A stretch of DNA of 64,000 nt from Lacibacter sp. (lineage in GTDB: Bacteria > Bacteroidota > Bacteroidia > Chitinophagales > Chitinophagaceae). Made by a program: the position numbers and the translations under genes. Below the pieces are notes generated by a model. The model had not been told where the DNA came from and did not search any database. It saw only the letters and a program-made list of their open reading frames with translations. The stretch is from contig NZ_DATGWT010000041.1 in NCBI RefSeq assembly GCF_035299325.1, positions 28,709 through 92,708 on the forward strand, read 5' to 3'. The stretch's first letter is position 1. Every line of letters begins with the position of its first letter. Below are positions 1 to 10,839 of the stretch, piece by piece.

Positions 1-77
1 CCCCGATGTTGCGCAAAAACAACAATAGCAGTAGTTAGCACGAATACTCCAAAAAGAAGCACTGTTTTCTTTCTCAT
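1..77 (-). CDS. partial CDS (N-terminus only, continues past window start); signal-peptide protein
   Basis: The reverse complement of 1-77 reads MRKKTVLLFGVFVLTTAIVVFAQHRG, a typical signal peptide. The ATG lies 38 nt downstream of the stop of the 2212-aa gene on the same strand. Confidence 0.3.
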   Translation of the reverse strand, partial: MRKKTVLLFGVFVLTTAIVVFAQHR

Positions 78-115
78 TAGTATCATAAATCAGTTCAATA
101 AATAAGTTCTTGTTA

Positions 116-3100
116 TCAATTTCGTTTTCGCAATGATTGCCTGCTTTCCTTGATCGTCATAATGCCACGTTCAGTTTCTTTCTTCACACGAACAGGCGTA
201 CCTTCTTCATCATATTCATAAATTGTGGCGAAATTGTTTTCATCCAGTTGTGCCATCAAACGAAGTGTGCGATTGTCAAAAACATAACTGTTCATCTGTG
301 CATCATTGGGCAGTATCCTGATATCATCCAGGTAAATTGTGCCTGATGGAATCAGTTCAAGTTGAAACTGACTGCTGGCAGTGAAACTTAATTCCAGTCT
401 CTTCCAACCTTCAACTACAGGTACAGTTAATGCACTGATATCCTTAGTTATATTATTGAATTTTATCGTCAGTCCCTGTATAGTATTTTCATTTGGTGAG
501 TTGTCTTTCACCCACATGCTGAACAAATATTTCTTACCTGCAACCGGTGCAAATCCATTGGCAAGCTCATTTGATTTAAGCAGGTAACGCCCAATATTAT
601 CAAAGCCAAGAAGTGCTGCTGTGGAAGGAGCAGCCAGTCCTGCATTTTTGATAAGGTTAACGGAGGAAGAAATGGCATAACTGTGCTTACCTGTATGTGA
701 TAGGTTACTCACGATCGACCCGGCACTACTAACCCAGTTGATACCTTGTTTGGTAAATCCAAAATCAAGATGACGTTTAGGCGGACATACATATTGGTTA
801 AGATTATTCTCCAGTTCAAAATCATAATCTTCAAACCCATCAAAAGCAATTTCATTCCGTCGTGCGTTTGCACCAACAGCGATAGCAACAGATTCACGGT
901 AACCAAACAGGGCCGATCCAAAGCGGTTTAAAGCATCCACATTTTCTACTTCATTACCCTTCTGATCAAAATGTATTGATTTACTACTCCATATCCATCT
1001 CGACCTCGCATCACTCAAAGGAAGGTTAACCGCATCAGTGAAGCTCCGCTCTAACCTACTACCTGTCGGCCATTGCCAGAATGGGGCATAGCTGACATAA
1101 GCTCCCGAATTACGAATATCGGTTCCACCTGTCTGGGCCGGGTTACCTGGCTTTTGTTCCCTGTTCACCGTGTAGACATAATTCATTAGCGGACGCCAGT
1201 TACCTAATACACCTTTGTAATAAGGATTAAAGACCCTGTCAATTGGTGAAACGCAACTTTCGACAATAGGTGCATCACTCAATAGTAACCCTGAAATATT
1301 CAGCTTAAATCTACAAGTGGTTGTGTAAACGGAAACAGGTGGTTCCGGTTCCGGATAAATAATGCTATCAATACCTTCAGAAGTATTTGCAGAACCTTCT
1401 TCCTGCGTTGTCCCCTCTTCTACATTACAATTTGCAATTTTGTAAGAAGCAGATGTCGTACATGATCCTATACCGAATCCAAATAAGTCTCTCTTCGGTT
1501 GACCTGAACCGTTATTGAGGAAATTCATTACTCCGGCATTAAATCCAACAAATGAGATCTCAGATATTTTTTGCTGTTGTGAAGTTGCAAAAAAACCTTT
1601 ATCATCACCAAGGATCATATAACCTGAACCGGCAGGGCTTAATTCTCTTTTGGTCCCAAGGTAGTAATAGATATTATCGACAGAAGGGATTGTTCCACCA
1701 ATACAGGGATTGAAAAAGTCAAGCAATGGGTTGCTGCCACTGGCAAAATAGCCTTTTTGAATTCCCACTCTGATGATGTCGCCAACTGTTACCTGATCAT
1801 TGACGAAAGAAAATAGATAGCGTTTGCCTGTTGCGTTATTTATTTCAAAAAGGGATCTTGAAAATGCCAACCAATACTCCCATTTTAAGCCCCATTTACC
1901 ACTGGCAAGTGGCTGCTCCTCGGTGTTCATATTGGAAACTGGTATTCCCCACTCATCTTTATATAACACAGCTTTTGAGTCAAGAATTTTTTCATCCACA
2001 TCCAGTTCAATACGTCCATTCTGCATTGGGTTTTTCATGCTGATCACTGACCCTACTCCGGCTGTTAACAGATTTCGTCGGCCAGAGCGAAGTAATAACC
2101 AGGAACCGGTGGCTTGTATAAAATTTCCGTTCTTATCAATTAACCGGTAGCTTCCATCTATCGATTTAATGATCCAGCCTTTTAACTCCCCCAACCCGCT
2201 TATATACACAAGCTCGTCTCCCGGGAACAGATATTTTTGTTGATCAGCTGCCGATAGAGAGGTGAGAGCAATTTTCCCATCTGTTCCGGTAACAAAGTTT
2301 GTAAAGGTGATACCAAGATTTTTATAAGCGCTTCCCATTCCTTCATATTCAGCCACCATATGCGCCGGGTAATTAAATGCATAGGTGTACTGGTCAAATT
2401 CATTTTGCGTTTTGGTTACAAGCACTTCTCCTGTCTCACCATCCCATAACAGATTTTCTGCTACAATGGTGGAGCCATTTTGCGTTGTCACCACCTTACT
2501 TACAATACCAAAACGGTTGATGACCTTTACACAGGCAATTGAATTAAATAAATCAAAAGAGGAATTTTGGCTATACGCCATGCCGGCATATGTGCCAGGG
2601 ATCAGTCCGAACAGAGCCGATCCTACGTAAGCACCTCTGCTTCCCCCTGTTGTTGTACTCAGACTTTCTCTTACATCTGTTACAAAATCAATATCGGTGG
2701 CAATCGTCTGTGTTGAATAAGTACCGTCTGCATTTAAGACAGGCACTTCGTTCCTTAATTCTTTTTCCGCAGCGTCTTCATCTACGATATTATAGTGATA
2801 TTCAGTAGAAGACAACATGCTCCCTGCCTTATCAAATACTTTTACACTTTGAGGTTTCCCATGCATATCATTCAACTCGATCTTAAAACCCTGCGATGCC
2901 GATAGTTTTTTAACTGACCTTGTACTGAATAATTTCATGATCAGGCTGTTCTCATAGGCCTTCTGTTCCAGAGGGAGGTAATCAACTTTTGTAGGGAAGT
3001 CTTTTGCGGTAAAGAATTCATGGATAATGTAACCGGTATGTTGTTTCTCCGACGGTACTTCCCCACTCCCGGTAAAATCGTTACCAAATGAAGTCACTTT

Positions 3101-6100
3101 TACTTTACTATAGCCAACTGAAGCTGATGGGAAAAAGGTTTCGCAAAAAGGCTTCTCAATAAAATGATATCGATCCTTACTCCAATGAACAGTTTCTGTA
3201 AAGCTTATGGGTTCATGAAACGGGTTCTCTTCATTTCCTATTTGGGGCTCATAAGACGCAACTCCTGATGATATCGTCTTACCTTGGTTGTCAGTTGTCG
3301 TATATGTATAAGTTTGTCCATACTTCGATGTTTTTGCACCATCTGTATTCGACATTGCTTCCCAGTCATCAGAGATCTGGATTTTCTTTACCCGGCTACC
3401 TCCACCTATTTTCTTCAGATCAGGTTGAAAGAGGCGCACCATACTCGCATTCAGGTCTACATTTTTAGCAAACTTTCTGTTTTCCGCACGTTTATCGAAT
3501 GACCTGAATAACTCACCAACCCCTACAATAGCAGAAACCATTGATTTGATCGCTGCAGCAAAGTCACCACTAAAACCATTTGCACCTGAGTTGTCATAAT
3601 TATCATAGGCGAATTGTGGCAAATCAGTTCTTAACATTTGCCACGCTGCTTTCGCAATGGGATTATAACCGTCAACTTTCTTCAAACCAATGGTTGCAGT
3701 ATTACCAATAGCTGTTGTATTGGTCCAATCTATTTCCGCATACCCATGCACATATTCATAATGATTTTTATTATCTACATCACACAAAAATTTATAAAAC
3801 ATTTTTCCCATCGGTTTCCCATCAGCCTCCGTCATGTATAACCGGATAAATTCCTTTTTTGCCTCCGTTGCGTTTGTTGTAGTTATACTTTTTGGAAGTT
3901 CCACCTTGATCTGTGAAGCGCTGATCAATCCTTTATCATCAGTTGCCACAACCTCTTTCACAAAACACATCTGCATCGCCCTTCTGTTCTGCACATAAGC
4001 ATAATCATCAGCCTCGTACTCCACTTCAATAATACCACTTGACGGAGTGATGATTTTTTTTAATTGCCATTTGGAAGCCAGCTTATCAGCAAGCGCCCGT
4101 ACATATGGATTGCTTTCACTTACCTGTGGCACATAGGGAAATTCTGAATTATTCAAAACAGGATTCCCGTTTACAAGACGGTTATAATAACTTTTTTTAT
4201 AAACGCCCCAACGATCCGACTGCCGTTCAAGATAATCATCTGAGTTCTCTGCATTCGTTAATGGAATTGCCGGTAACCCAATAATATTAGCAGCATTTAC
4301 GAGTGTTTCATCATAGGAAAATTCGTACGGATTCAGCTTCCCACGTTGATTCTTCCCGAACGTGAAATAGATTTTCTTTAGCGTAAGCTTTCCGGTGTTC
4401 ACCGCATTATTTGGTATGCCGGGAAACAACGAATAATCATATTCAAATACGACTGTTTTTACAGGAATGGCATTTACGCCATTCTTAATCAAATCAGCCT
4501 TCGAATAAAGCTTGATCGTATCAAGTTTTTCCAACTGAATACCTCCCCGCCCCCCGTTTTCTCCAGCCACGCCATAAGCATCACGCCTGCCACTACGTAA
4601 AAAAACTGCTACCATTGTTTTGCTTTCAATCGCATCGAGATACCAGATTTCCTTCTCCCCATATACATAACTGGCCTTATCATCTTTAGGGTCACTTAAA
4701 AAACCCTCATTATAATTGGCCATGTCCTGCTGGTAAGGAGCACGCCATTTGTATAAATTATTCCTGCTGGTAATCTCTTTGTATTTGAATTTAACAGCAG
4801 TGCCTAAATCATCGTCCGTGATACCGTCAGCTTTTACATCAACATAATCAGGAGATAAAATACCTGTCAATAAAAATGAAGTTGCATAAGCGGGTATTTT
4901 CTCCCTCGAGTACATCCAGTCCCGGCCGTTACGGTTTGCAAAACTGGCATCGGCTGCCGAATAACTAACCAAACCGGTTCTACGTGCTTCTTCTTTATTG
5001 GTTGGTTCCTTTATTGAAAATGTAACTTCTTCTTGTTTGCGGTTATAAACAGGAATACCGTAAACCATTCGCTTCCCTTCATTATCAGTGACAGTCACTT
5101 CCGACATATGATGGCTCCGGCGATAATCATGTGAAGCATCGTCTCGCTCAACACCATTTATCTTTTTATCCAGCGCATATTTCTTTGCCTGTGCTTGTGT
5201 GAGATATTGAAAACCGTAAACACGCTTTTCCTTATTTGTCTTTTTAATTAATGAGGTTGCTTCTGTTCCGTTCCGTGTAGTAAGATTTTTCGAACTGCTT
5301 GCCCGGTTTAGCTTAACCTGTGAGAGTGTTGTATTTAGAAATGTATTGTAAAAATTATTGTCCGAAATGGTTTTCTCTCCCACCTGTTTAAAATAAACGC
5401 CTTCCTCCGCAGGGCTATTTGAAAAAGCAGGTTCGGCATGCTCAAGAAAGATGTTATTTGACGTCCACTTTTTTGTGGCCGATCTTCCTGAACTGTAATT
5501 CACTCGCCCGCCCCCTTTAAAAGCATTAATCACACCAATTGTTACACCAATATCTGTATTTGCAGTATTAACATTCGAGTACTTCTTGTCGAAACTTACA
5601 AACCCTGTTCCTAAATGTGCTCTGAATTGCTGGCTCCCAGTCTGACCGGAGGCAACGAAAAAATCATTGGTGGCAACCGGTGTGGCAATAGCGGGGTTGC
5701 TGGTTAAAAAAACCCCGTCTTTCTCACGGTTAAAATCTAAAAGAGCGTCTTCATTTCTCCGGCCTTTTAAATAGTGCATATAACCAAAGGCAGGTGCCAA
5801 CGCAACGGGTTCACTTATTTTTTCTTTATAGCCATATCCTGCTCCTCCAAGTCCAATATAGCCACCAAAAACAGTTGGACCGAAATCAAAATTTAATGTA
5901 AAAGAGGAATTGGTTGTATTGTTTTTTATCGCTGGTGTGTAGGATTGTCCGAAATAATTTACAGCAGACGAACTGAATGAATTTCTTTTTATGTCTCTTG
6001 TTAAACTTGATGATGGCATTGTAGAAAAAGTGGCCCCGAGAGAAATGTTTTTCAACCCACTTCTTGAATTATAATCAAACCCACCTGAAAGTGATAAACC

Positions 6101-6754
6101 GAAATTTTCCTTTTTAAAATCATGATCAATTCCTAAAGACATCGACGGACTTACATCTACACCGTTACGAACATCAGAGTTAACATCCAATCCCAATCCT
6201 GCTGTTAAACTGGTCTTCGATTCTTTAGCAAGATTAAAATCCAATCCAGCGCCAAAGGATGCCCCAATACCATAGTAATTGTCTTTGTAAACATTTAATT
6301 TAACAGAGGCATTAATCCCCCCTGTTTCCCAGGCAAATAATGATGGCTTCAAAACAACCTGACCGCCAATTTTTTCAAAAGGCTTTCTCGAATATTCTTT
6401 CGTCACAAGGTCTCCGTTAAAATCATCCGGTAAACCACGCATAGTCCGGTTAACAGCACCGGGATTAAGTGTCCATCCGGCACCTACCCAACTGGCTTCA
6501 TCTTCCATACCTGTTCCTGAATTGTAGGAAATATTTACAGGATAGCCCCCCACATCCAGCAAGGGGATATTATACTTCATATCACCCGAGAAAAGATCAA
6601 CCATTTCTGTTGCACCGGCAGCTTCAAATTTTTGCATCTCCGGTTGCGCCGGTCCGTTCGTTAATGCAAAGCTGACAGCTGGCACAAATAGTTCCACCGA
6701 TAAAACAAGAAGGAAGAATGTCGCAATAACTTTTCTTTTACGTTCGATCTGCAT
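116..6754 (-). CDS. giant secreted/surface protein (2212 aa) with SpvB/TcaC-like N-terminal region and YD-repeat-like C-terminal motif
   Basis: This is an uninterrupted 6.6-kb ORF. It has an N-terminal signal peptide (VIATFFLLVLSVELFVPAVSFA). The stretch VDLFSGDMKYNIPLLDVGGYPVNISYNSGTGMEDEASWVGAGWTLNPGAVNRTMRGLPDDF resembles the SpvB/TcaC N-terminal signature (VDLxTG..Y.IPL...L.L.Y.S....G.GW.L....I.R...G.P). The C-terminus carries a YD-like motif (ATIYEYDEEGTPVRV). Confidence 0.75.
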   Translation of the reverse strand: MQIERKRKVIATFFLLVLSVELFVPAVSFALTNGPAQPEMQKFEAAGATEMVDLFSGDMKYNIPLLDVGGYPVNISYNSGTGMEDEASWVGAGWTLNPGAVNRTMRGLPDDFNGDLVTKEYSRKPFEKIGGQVVLKPSLFAWETGGINASVKLNVYKDNYYGIGASFGAGLDFNLAKESKTSLTAGLGLDVNSDVRNGVDVSPSMSLGIDHDFKKENFGLSLSGGFDYNSRSGLKNISLGATFSTMPSSSLTRDIKRNSFSSSAVNYFGQSYTPAIKNNTTNSSFTLNFDFGPTVFGGYIGLGGAGYGYKEKISEPVALAPAFGYMHYLKGRRNEDALLDFNREKDGVFLTSNPAIATPVATNDFFVASGQTGSQQFRAHLGTGFVSFDKKYSNVNTANTDIGVTIGVINAFKGGGRVNYSSGRSATKKWTSNNIFLEHAEPAFSNSPAEEGVYFKQVGEKTISDNNFYNTFLNTTLSQVKLNRASSSKNLTTRNGTEATSLIKKTNKEKRVYGFQYLTQAQAKKYALDKKINGVERDDASHDYRRSHHMSEVTVTDNEGKRMVYGIPVYNRKQEEVTFSIKEPTNKEEARRTGLVSYSAADASFANRNGRDWMYSREKIPAYATSFLLTGILSPDYVDVKADGITDDDLGTAVKFKYKEITSRNNLYKWRAPYQQDMANYNEGFLSDPKDDKASYVYGEKEIWYLDAIESKTMVAVFLRSGRRDAYGVAGENGGRGGIQLEKLDTIKLYSKADLIKNGVNAIPVKTVVFEYDYSLFPGIPNNAVNTGKLTLKKIYFTFGKNQRGKLNPYEFSYDETLVNAANIIGLPAIPLTNAENSDDYLERQSDRWGVYKKSYYNRLVNGNPVLNNSEFPYVPQVSESNPYVRALADKLASKWQLKKIITPSSGIIEVEYEADDYAYVQNRRAMQMCFVKEVVATDDKGLISASQIKVELPKSITTTNATEAKKEFIRLYMTEADGKPMGKMFYKFLCDVDNKNHYEYVHGYAEIDWTNTTAIGNTATIGLKKVDGYNPIAKAAWQMLRTDLPQFAYDNYDNSGANGFSGDFAAAIKSMVSAIVGVGELFRSFDKRAENRKFAKNVDLNASMVRLFQPDLKKIGGGSRVKKIQISDDWEAMSNTDGAKTSKYGQTYTYTTTDNQGKTISSGVASYEPQIGNEENPFHEPISFTETVHWSKDRYHFIEKPFCETFFPSASVGYSKVKVTSFGNDFTGSGEVPSEKQHTGYIIHEFFTAKDFPTKVDYLPLEQKAYENSLIMKLFSTRSVKKLSASQGFKIELNDMHGKPQSVKVFDKAGSMLSSTEYHYNIVDEDAAEKELRNEVPVLNADGTYSTQTIATDIDFVTDVRESLSTTTGGSRGAYVGSALFGLIPGTYAGMAYSQNSSFDLFNSIACVKVINRFGIVSKVVTTQNGSTIVAENLLWDGETGEVLVTKTQNEFDQYTYAFNYPAHMVAEYEGMGSAYKNLGITFTNFVTGTDGKIALTSLSAADQQKYLFPGDELVYISGLGELKGWIIKSIDGSYRLIDKNGNFIQATGSWLLLRSGRRNLLTAGVGSVISMKNPMQNGRIELDVDEKILDSKAVLYKDEWGIPVSNMNTEEQPLASGKWGLKWEYWLAFSRSLFEINNATGKRYLFSFVNDQVTVGDIIRVGIQKGYFASGSNPLLDFFNPCIGGTIPSVDNIYYYLGTKRELSPAGSGYMILGDDKGFFATSQQQKISEISFVGFNAGVMNFLNNGSGQPKRDLFGFGIGSCTTSASYKIANCNVEEGTTQEEGSANTSEGIDSIIYPEPEPPVSVYTTTCRFKLNISGLLLSDAPIVESCVSPIDRVFNPYYKGVLGNWRPLMNYVYTVNREQKPGNPAQTGGTDIRNSGAYVSYAPFWQWPTGSRLERSFTDAVNLPLSDARSRWIWSSKSIHFDQKGNEVENVDALNRFGSALFGYRESVAIAVGANARRNEIAFDGFEDYDFELENNLNQYVCPPKRHLDFGFTKQGINWVSSAGSIVSNLSHTGKHSYAISSSVNLIKNAGLAAPSTAALLGFDNIGRYLLKSNELANGFAPVAGKKYLFSMWVKDNSPNENTIQGLTIKFNNITKDISALTVPVVEGWKRLELSFTASSQFQLELIPSGTIYLDDIRILPNDAQMNSYVFDNRTLRLMAQLDENNFATIYEYDEEGTPVRVKKETERGIMTIKESRQSLRKRN

Positions 6755-6775
6755 GAGCCTTTACTTAATATTGAA

Positions 6776-7273
6776 TTATCTGTTTAATACAATTAGTTGT
6801 TTACCCCATACACCATATGTGTCATTATAAATAAGCGTATCGGGATTTTTTCCAGTAGGCGTTTCAAATACAAGCACCCCTTCAAACCTGTTCTTCTGCT
6901 TTCTGTTCGTTACATGAAAAAACACTGGGCTTAATGAATCTCCTTGATACAATGCCTTCCAGTCATGTTCCATATTGTATTGGTAATAAACACTCTTCTC
7001 TTCTTCATAGCTGGCGTTGCCATTCTTGGTTTGCACACTGTCAAGCACCCCGATCCTGTAACAAACAAATGTTGTTGCCGAAACAGAATCGCTTCTCAGC
7101 AATTTTGTGCAGTCCCCTTTATCAATATAGATCATTCCAATTCCGGGGTAATGGATCTGTACATCATGCTGTTCTGTGATTATGGAAGCTGCCGCTTCTT
7201 TGTCTTTGCATGAATACAATACAGCGCAGATCATTATCCCAAAAAATAAAATAATCGTTCTTCTTAACATCAT
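6776..7273 (-). CDS. small lipoprotein, unknown function
   Basis: A signal peptide ends in a lipobox-like LYSC (MMLRRTIILFFGIMICAVLYSCKD). The stop lies 21 nt before the giant gene's start and the start lies 3 nt after the upstream gene's stop. Confidence 0.6.
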   Translation of the reverse strand: MMLRRTIILFFGIMICAVLYSCKDKEAAASIITEQHDVQIHYPGIGMIYIDKGDCTKLLRSDSVSATTFVCYRIGVLDSVQTKNGNASYEEEKSVYYQYNMEHDWKALYQGDSLSPVFFHVTNRKQKNRFEGVLVFETPTGKNPDTLIYNDTYGVWGKQLIVLNR

Positions 7274-7276
7274 TCA

Positions 7277-8380
7277 TCAATTAACAGTATCATCAAAATC
7301 TCTATAAACGAAACGGATTTCTATTGGCGGTTCATTAAAAGGGAAAACCTTCAGTACATAATACTTCCCTTCTTTTAAATCCATATCTGTCAAATCAATA
7401 TCAATAAGATTCAGCCCCTGCTTTAAAGCGATCTCCGGTAAAGACTTAATTGGCTTACCACCGTGCTCAATCTCTGTTATACTGTATTGCAGTTTTTTAA
7501 TGTTATAATCATTTTTAAAAGCAAACCGTATAGAGCGGTTGGCGATATAATAGTTGCCATTTGAAAGAAATTTTAACTCACGATAACTATCATTAAAGGT
7601 TGGCTTCGGTGTTTCATTACACTTTACTGTAAACTCCCATATTTCCGACCTTGATACAATTAATCCCTGCTCATAAGCAATCACCTGCCAGCAGTAAGTT
7701 TTTCCCTCTTTTAATTCAGGATTGGCTGAGGGATAAGTAATCGTTGTAGCAGAAATATGATCCAGCAACAATAAGGGCCTGTTCTTTAAAAGGCTTTCTA
7801 CCGATTCACCTGCAGTCTTCTCTGTAAGGATCAACCGAAAGCGCATTTGTTGGCTATAAGGCAAAGGTGGTTGCCAGCTAAGTACAGGCCGCCTTATACA
7901 GATCGTATCTTTTAAGCCGGGCGAAAGCAGCGTTAATGGTACTAATGGTTGGATCGTTCCATCGAAACAATTTTCATACTCATCTAAATTCTTATTCTCC
8001 GGAACAAAGCGAAAACAAAAACTATACTCCCCTGTTGGAAAATTCCGTGTTTGGGAGGCAATTGCACCATAACTGCCGGGAGAAAACTGAAAAGAACTGT
8101 TATGAAACACAGCTTTTGGCAAGCCCGATACACCTTGTGTAATAGTAATTACCGGCGTCATCACCTGTACAACAGAAGTATTCCTCGTATTCTCTCTAAC
8201 GGTAATGAACAGCTTCCCTTTCAACACTTGACCGCTTAAGTTTTGCAATTGGAAAGAACCTAATCCATCCACACTCCTCCCGTGTAATTCCGGTACAAAT
8301 ACAAACTGCAATTGAGCAGAAGCCGCAAGAGCAAACTGAAGGAATAAGAATAAAATGAAACTGATTTTTCGCATGATCAT
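7277..8380 (-). CDS. secreted protein, unknown function
   Basis: It has a signal peptide (ISFILFLFLQFALAASAQ). Gaps to both neighbours are 3 nt, indicating an operon. Confidence 0.6.
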   Translation of the reverse strand: MIMRKISFILFLFLQFALAASAQLQFVFVPELHGRSVDGLGSFQLQNLSGQVLKGKLFITVRENTRNTSVVQVMTPVITITQGVSGLPKAVFHNSSFQFSPGSYGAIASQTRNFPTGEYSFCFRFVPENKNLDEYENCFDGTIQPLVPLTLLSPGLKDTICIRRPVLSWQPPLPYSQQMRFRLILTEKTAGESVESLLKNRPLLLLDHISATTITYPSANPELKEGKTYCWQVIAYEQGLIVSRSEIWEFTVKCNETPKPTFNDSYRELKFLSNGNYYIANRSIRFAFKNDYNIKKLQYSITEIEHGGKPIKSLPEIALKQGLNLIDIDLTDMDLKEGKYYVLKVFPFNEPPIEIRFVYRDFDDTVN

Positions 8381-8383
8381 TTT

Positions 8384-10834
8384 TTAAAACCTGTAATAAA
8401 CCGACGATTGAATAAAAAGCTGGTTTGCAAGTTCAGAACGTATGGTTCTTACTGCCTGCTTCCAGTTAATGTCAAGTTCAATGTCAACTTTTTCAAATAA
8501 TGTCCCGCTGATCTGTTGACGTACCCCGGCCTGTTGATTCCATCCTTCATTGATGTAAAAACCAATTCCACTGCTTAACCTGATGGCGCTTCCTGTGTTA
8601 TACCCATATAGTATTTCGGAATGAAAGAAACTGGTATTAAATAAATATTCCGATTTATCTGATTTATTAGCAACCAATGATAAAGTCAGAAGGTTCTTAT
8701 TGATCACCATCGATGATGAATGAACCCCGAGCCATGTATTACTGGAATAGAGTTGCCCATCAAGTCCCGGCAATGCAAATGATTGCTTGCTGATTGTTGC
8801 ATGATTAATTACTTTGTTCCTTCCTATTTTTAATTGGTAGCTGCCATCACCCTGGAGATTGATGGTCTTTCCTTTTTGTACACTACCGCTCATCTTATTG
8901 TCAAACGCATAGTGCTGCGTGCGCACCGTCAATCCAAAACGGCTATTACGATTAATCCTGTAGCCTGCCCGTAACGACTGATGATAATTGCGGTAGATCA
9001 CATTTTTCAAAGGGTTAAGTGGCTGATACCTGAATTCCGTCTTGTACTGGATGCTTAATTTTTGTTTAAGAAATTTCCGACTTAACTGAATACTCCCTGT
9101 GGTTTCTCCCTTACGCACAAACATATTACCGGGATTATGATATCCCAATCCTGCTTTTTTCAGCACCACTCCCAATTGAGTTTTATAAACTGTTCCACTA
9201 TACTCAATTGATCCCGCATAGTTCGCCTGTCCGGCTCCGCTGAAAACATCACCAAATGCATTTTCTTTCACAGCAATCGAATCAGCATTAAAGTTGTTTC
9301 TGTAGGAACCAAGCGATTTTGATAATTCTACTGATAACTGGTGATCAGTTTTAAACTGGTAGTTCGATTTCCAGTGAAGCACTGCATCACGTCTCGCAGG
9401 TGAAGAGATATAGTTTGCATTAATTTGAGAAGGATCAGTAGAGAACAGATCCTGCGATGCATTGAAGCTGAAAAAATTCAAAGACAGTGTTTGTTGAAAA
9501 GGACCGTCTGCTGATGAACCAATTTTAAACCCGGTAAGATTTGAAAACTCTGTTCCTGTAAAACTGCTCAACCCGTTTTGCGCCCATGCATTTTTGTTCA
9601 TGCCACCATTGCCGGAAATAAAACCAAGAGATGTTTTTTTGCTTGTCAGCGAAGTATTGATACCCATGTTCATCAACGACTGTGTATTTAAACCATCACT
9701 GGCAATCGGGTTTGCACCGAGGTCCAGTTTTGTTATGTTTAAAAACAAGCGCTGCAATCCGCTCATGGTCGTATGGTTCTTTACAACATCTATAAGATTA
9801 CCCGGCTTCTTTAGAAACTGTTTGTAATTATCTTTACTGAAAGGAAGGTTATTTCTGAGCTCTTTTACAACAGGGTTACTGTCAAACTTCGTTTTTGTTT
9901 GAATGATTTTTTCATAAATACGATTCAATGTTTCAAATTTTGCAACCATCGTTTTAGCTCTATTTACGATCGAATCACTGGCCGCCCCTGTTGAATGATT
10001 CCCCTGGAGTGTTTGCTGATAAATCGCTGCACCTTTTTGATAATCCTGCAGAACCTTTTCAGAAAAAATTGAGTTTTTTAACACCGAAAGATCACTCACC
10101 GATAGGTTGCTGATATCGGCAGGCAACTCAATCACATCATTAAATCCCGTTGCAAATTCTTTTTTTAATTGATTGATTTCAGTTAAAAGGGAAGCTTCAT
10201 ATTTTGCTTTTATACTGTTAATCCTGTTCAACACATTAGTAAGCACAGCTTCCGGTTTCACTTTTTCTGATACAAGCTTTTGTATCTTCTCTACATATGC
10301 CCGGTGATTAAAATTGAATTGTGGAAACTGGTTAAATGGGCTATGTTGTAGTTTATAGAAACCATTATTCCCCTGGAGCGCCGCATCAAAAGGCATTTGT
10401 AAAATAGAAACCTGCACATCAACATCATAAGCAAAAGTAGAGTGAAGACTCTGCAGGGTTCCGGTGGTCACTCCGGTTGAGTCCCACAGGTAATTATAAG
10501 TGGCCGCTAAATTGATGCGCCCGATATCAATCAACTTTTTTCCGGGGCTGAAAAGTTGTTGCTTACCTAACAGGGTACCTACTGTCTGCTTCGCTTGCTG
10601 CAACAAAGAATCAAATAATTTTCGTTCCGGGGCTATCAACATCCCCATCCCTTCGCCTGGCTTTTCATTGATGATAGCAGGTGCTTTTTTCAGTAGTTGT
10701 CCGGCGCTGCCTGCTTTATGTTTTATTGTTTTTACTGTAGAATCCCGCAACATTTTTGTAGGCGTTTGTGCACGCAGTTCGGTAAGAAAAAACAGGAAAA
10801 GCAGCACCAGCAGCGGTTGGTTTAGTTTGGGCAT
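8384..10834 (-). CDS. outer-membrane beta-barrel-like protein with N-terminal coiled-coil region
   Basis: It has a signal peptide (LLVLLFLFFLTELRAQ) and a Lys/Glu/Gln-rich helical N-terminal third. The C-terminal half shows an alternating hydrophobic/Gly/aromatic strand pattern and ends in ...SSVYYRF, the terminal aromatic typical of OM barrels. Confidence 0.55.
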   Translation of the reverse strand: MPKLNQPLLVLLFLFFLTELRAQTPTKMLRDSTVKTIKHKAGSAGQLLKKAPAIINEKPGEGMGMLIAPERKLFDSLLQQAKQTVGTLLGKQQLFSPGKKLIDIGRINLAATYNYLWDSTGVTTGTLQSLHSTFAYDVDVQVSILQMPFDAALQGNNGFYKLQHSPFNQFPQFNFNHRAYVEKIQKLVSEKVKPEAVLTNVLNRINSIKAKYEASLLTEINQLKKEFATGFNDVIELPADISNLSVSDLSVLKNSIFSEKVLQDYQKGAAIYQQTLQGNHSTGAASDSIVNRAKTMVAKFETLNRIYEKIIQTKTKFDSNPVVKELRNNLPFSKDNYKQFLKKPGNLIDVVKNHTTMSGLQRLFLNITKLDLGANPIASDGLNTQSLMNMGINTSLTSKKTSLGFISGNGGMNKNAWAQNGLSSFTGTEFSNLTGFKIGSSADGPFQQTLSLNFFSFNASQDLFSTDPSQINANYISSPARRDAVLHWKSNYQFKTDHQLSVELSKSLGSYRNNFNADSIAVKENAFGDVFSGAGQANYAGSIEYSGTVYKTQLGVVLKKAGLGYHNPGNMFVRKGETTGSIQLSRKFLKQKLSIQYKTEFRYQPLNPLKNVIYRNYHQSLRAGYRINRNSRFGLTVRTQHYAFDNKMSGSVQKGKTINLQGDGSYQLKIGRNKVINHATISKQSFALPGLDGQLYSSNTWLGVHSSSMVINKNLLTLSLVANKSDKSEYLFNTSFFHSEILYGYNTGSAIRLSSGIGFYINEGWNQQAGVRQQISGTLFEKVDIELDINWKQAVRTIRSELANQLFIQSSVYYRF

Positions 10835-10839
10835 GTAAA

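Noticed and set aside
137-6675. About 17 short ORFs (60-110 aa) on either strand inside the 2212-aa gene.
   Set aside because: All lie within a long uninterrupted ORF that has clear protein-like features. Their translations are low-complexity or hydrophobic junk with no motifs. They are typical shadow ORFs.
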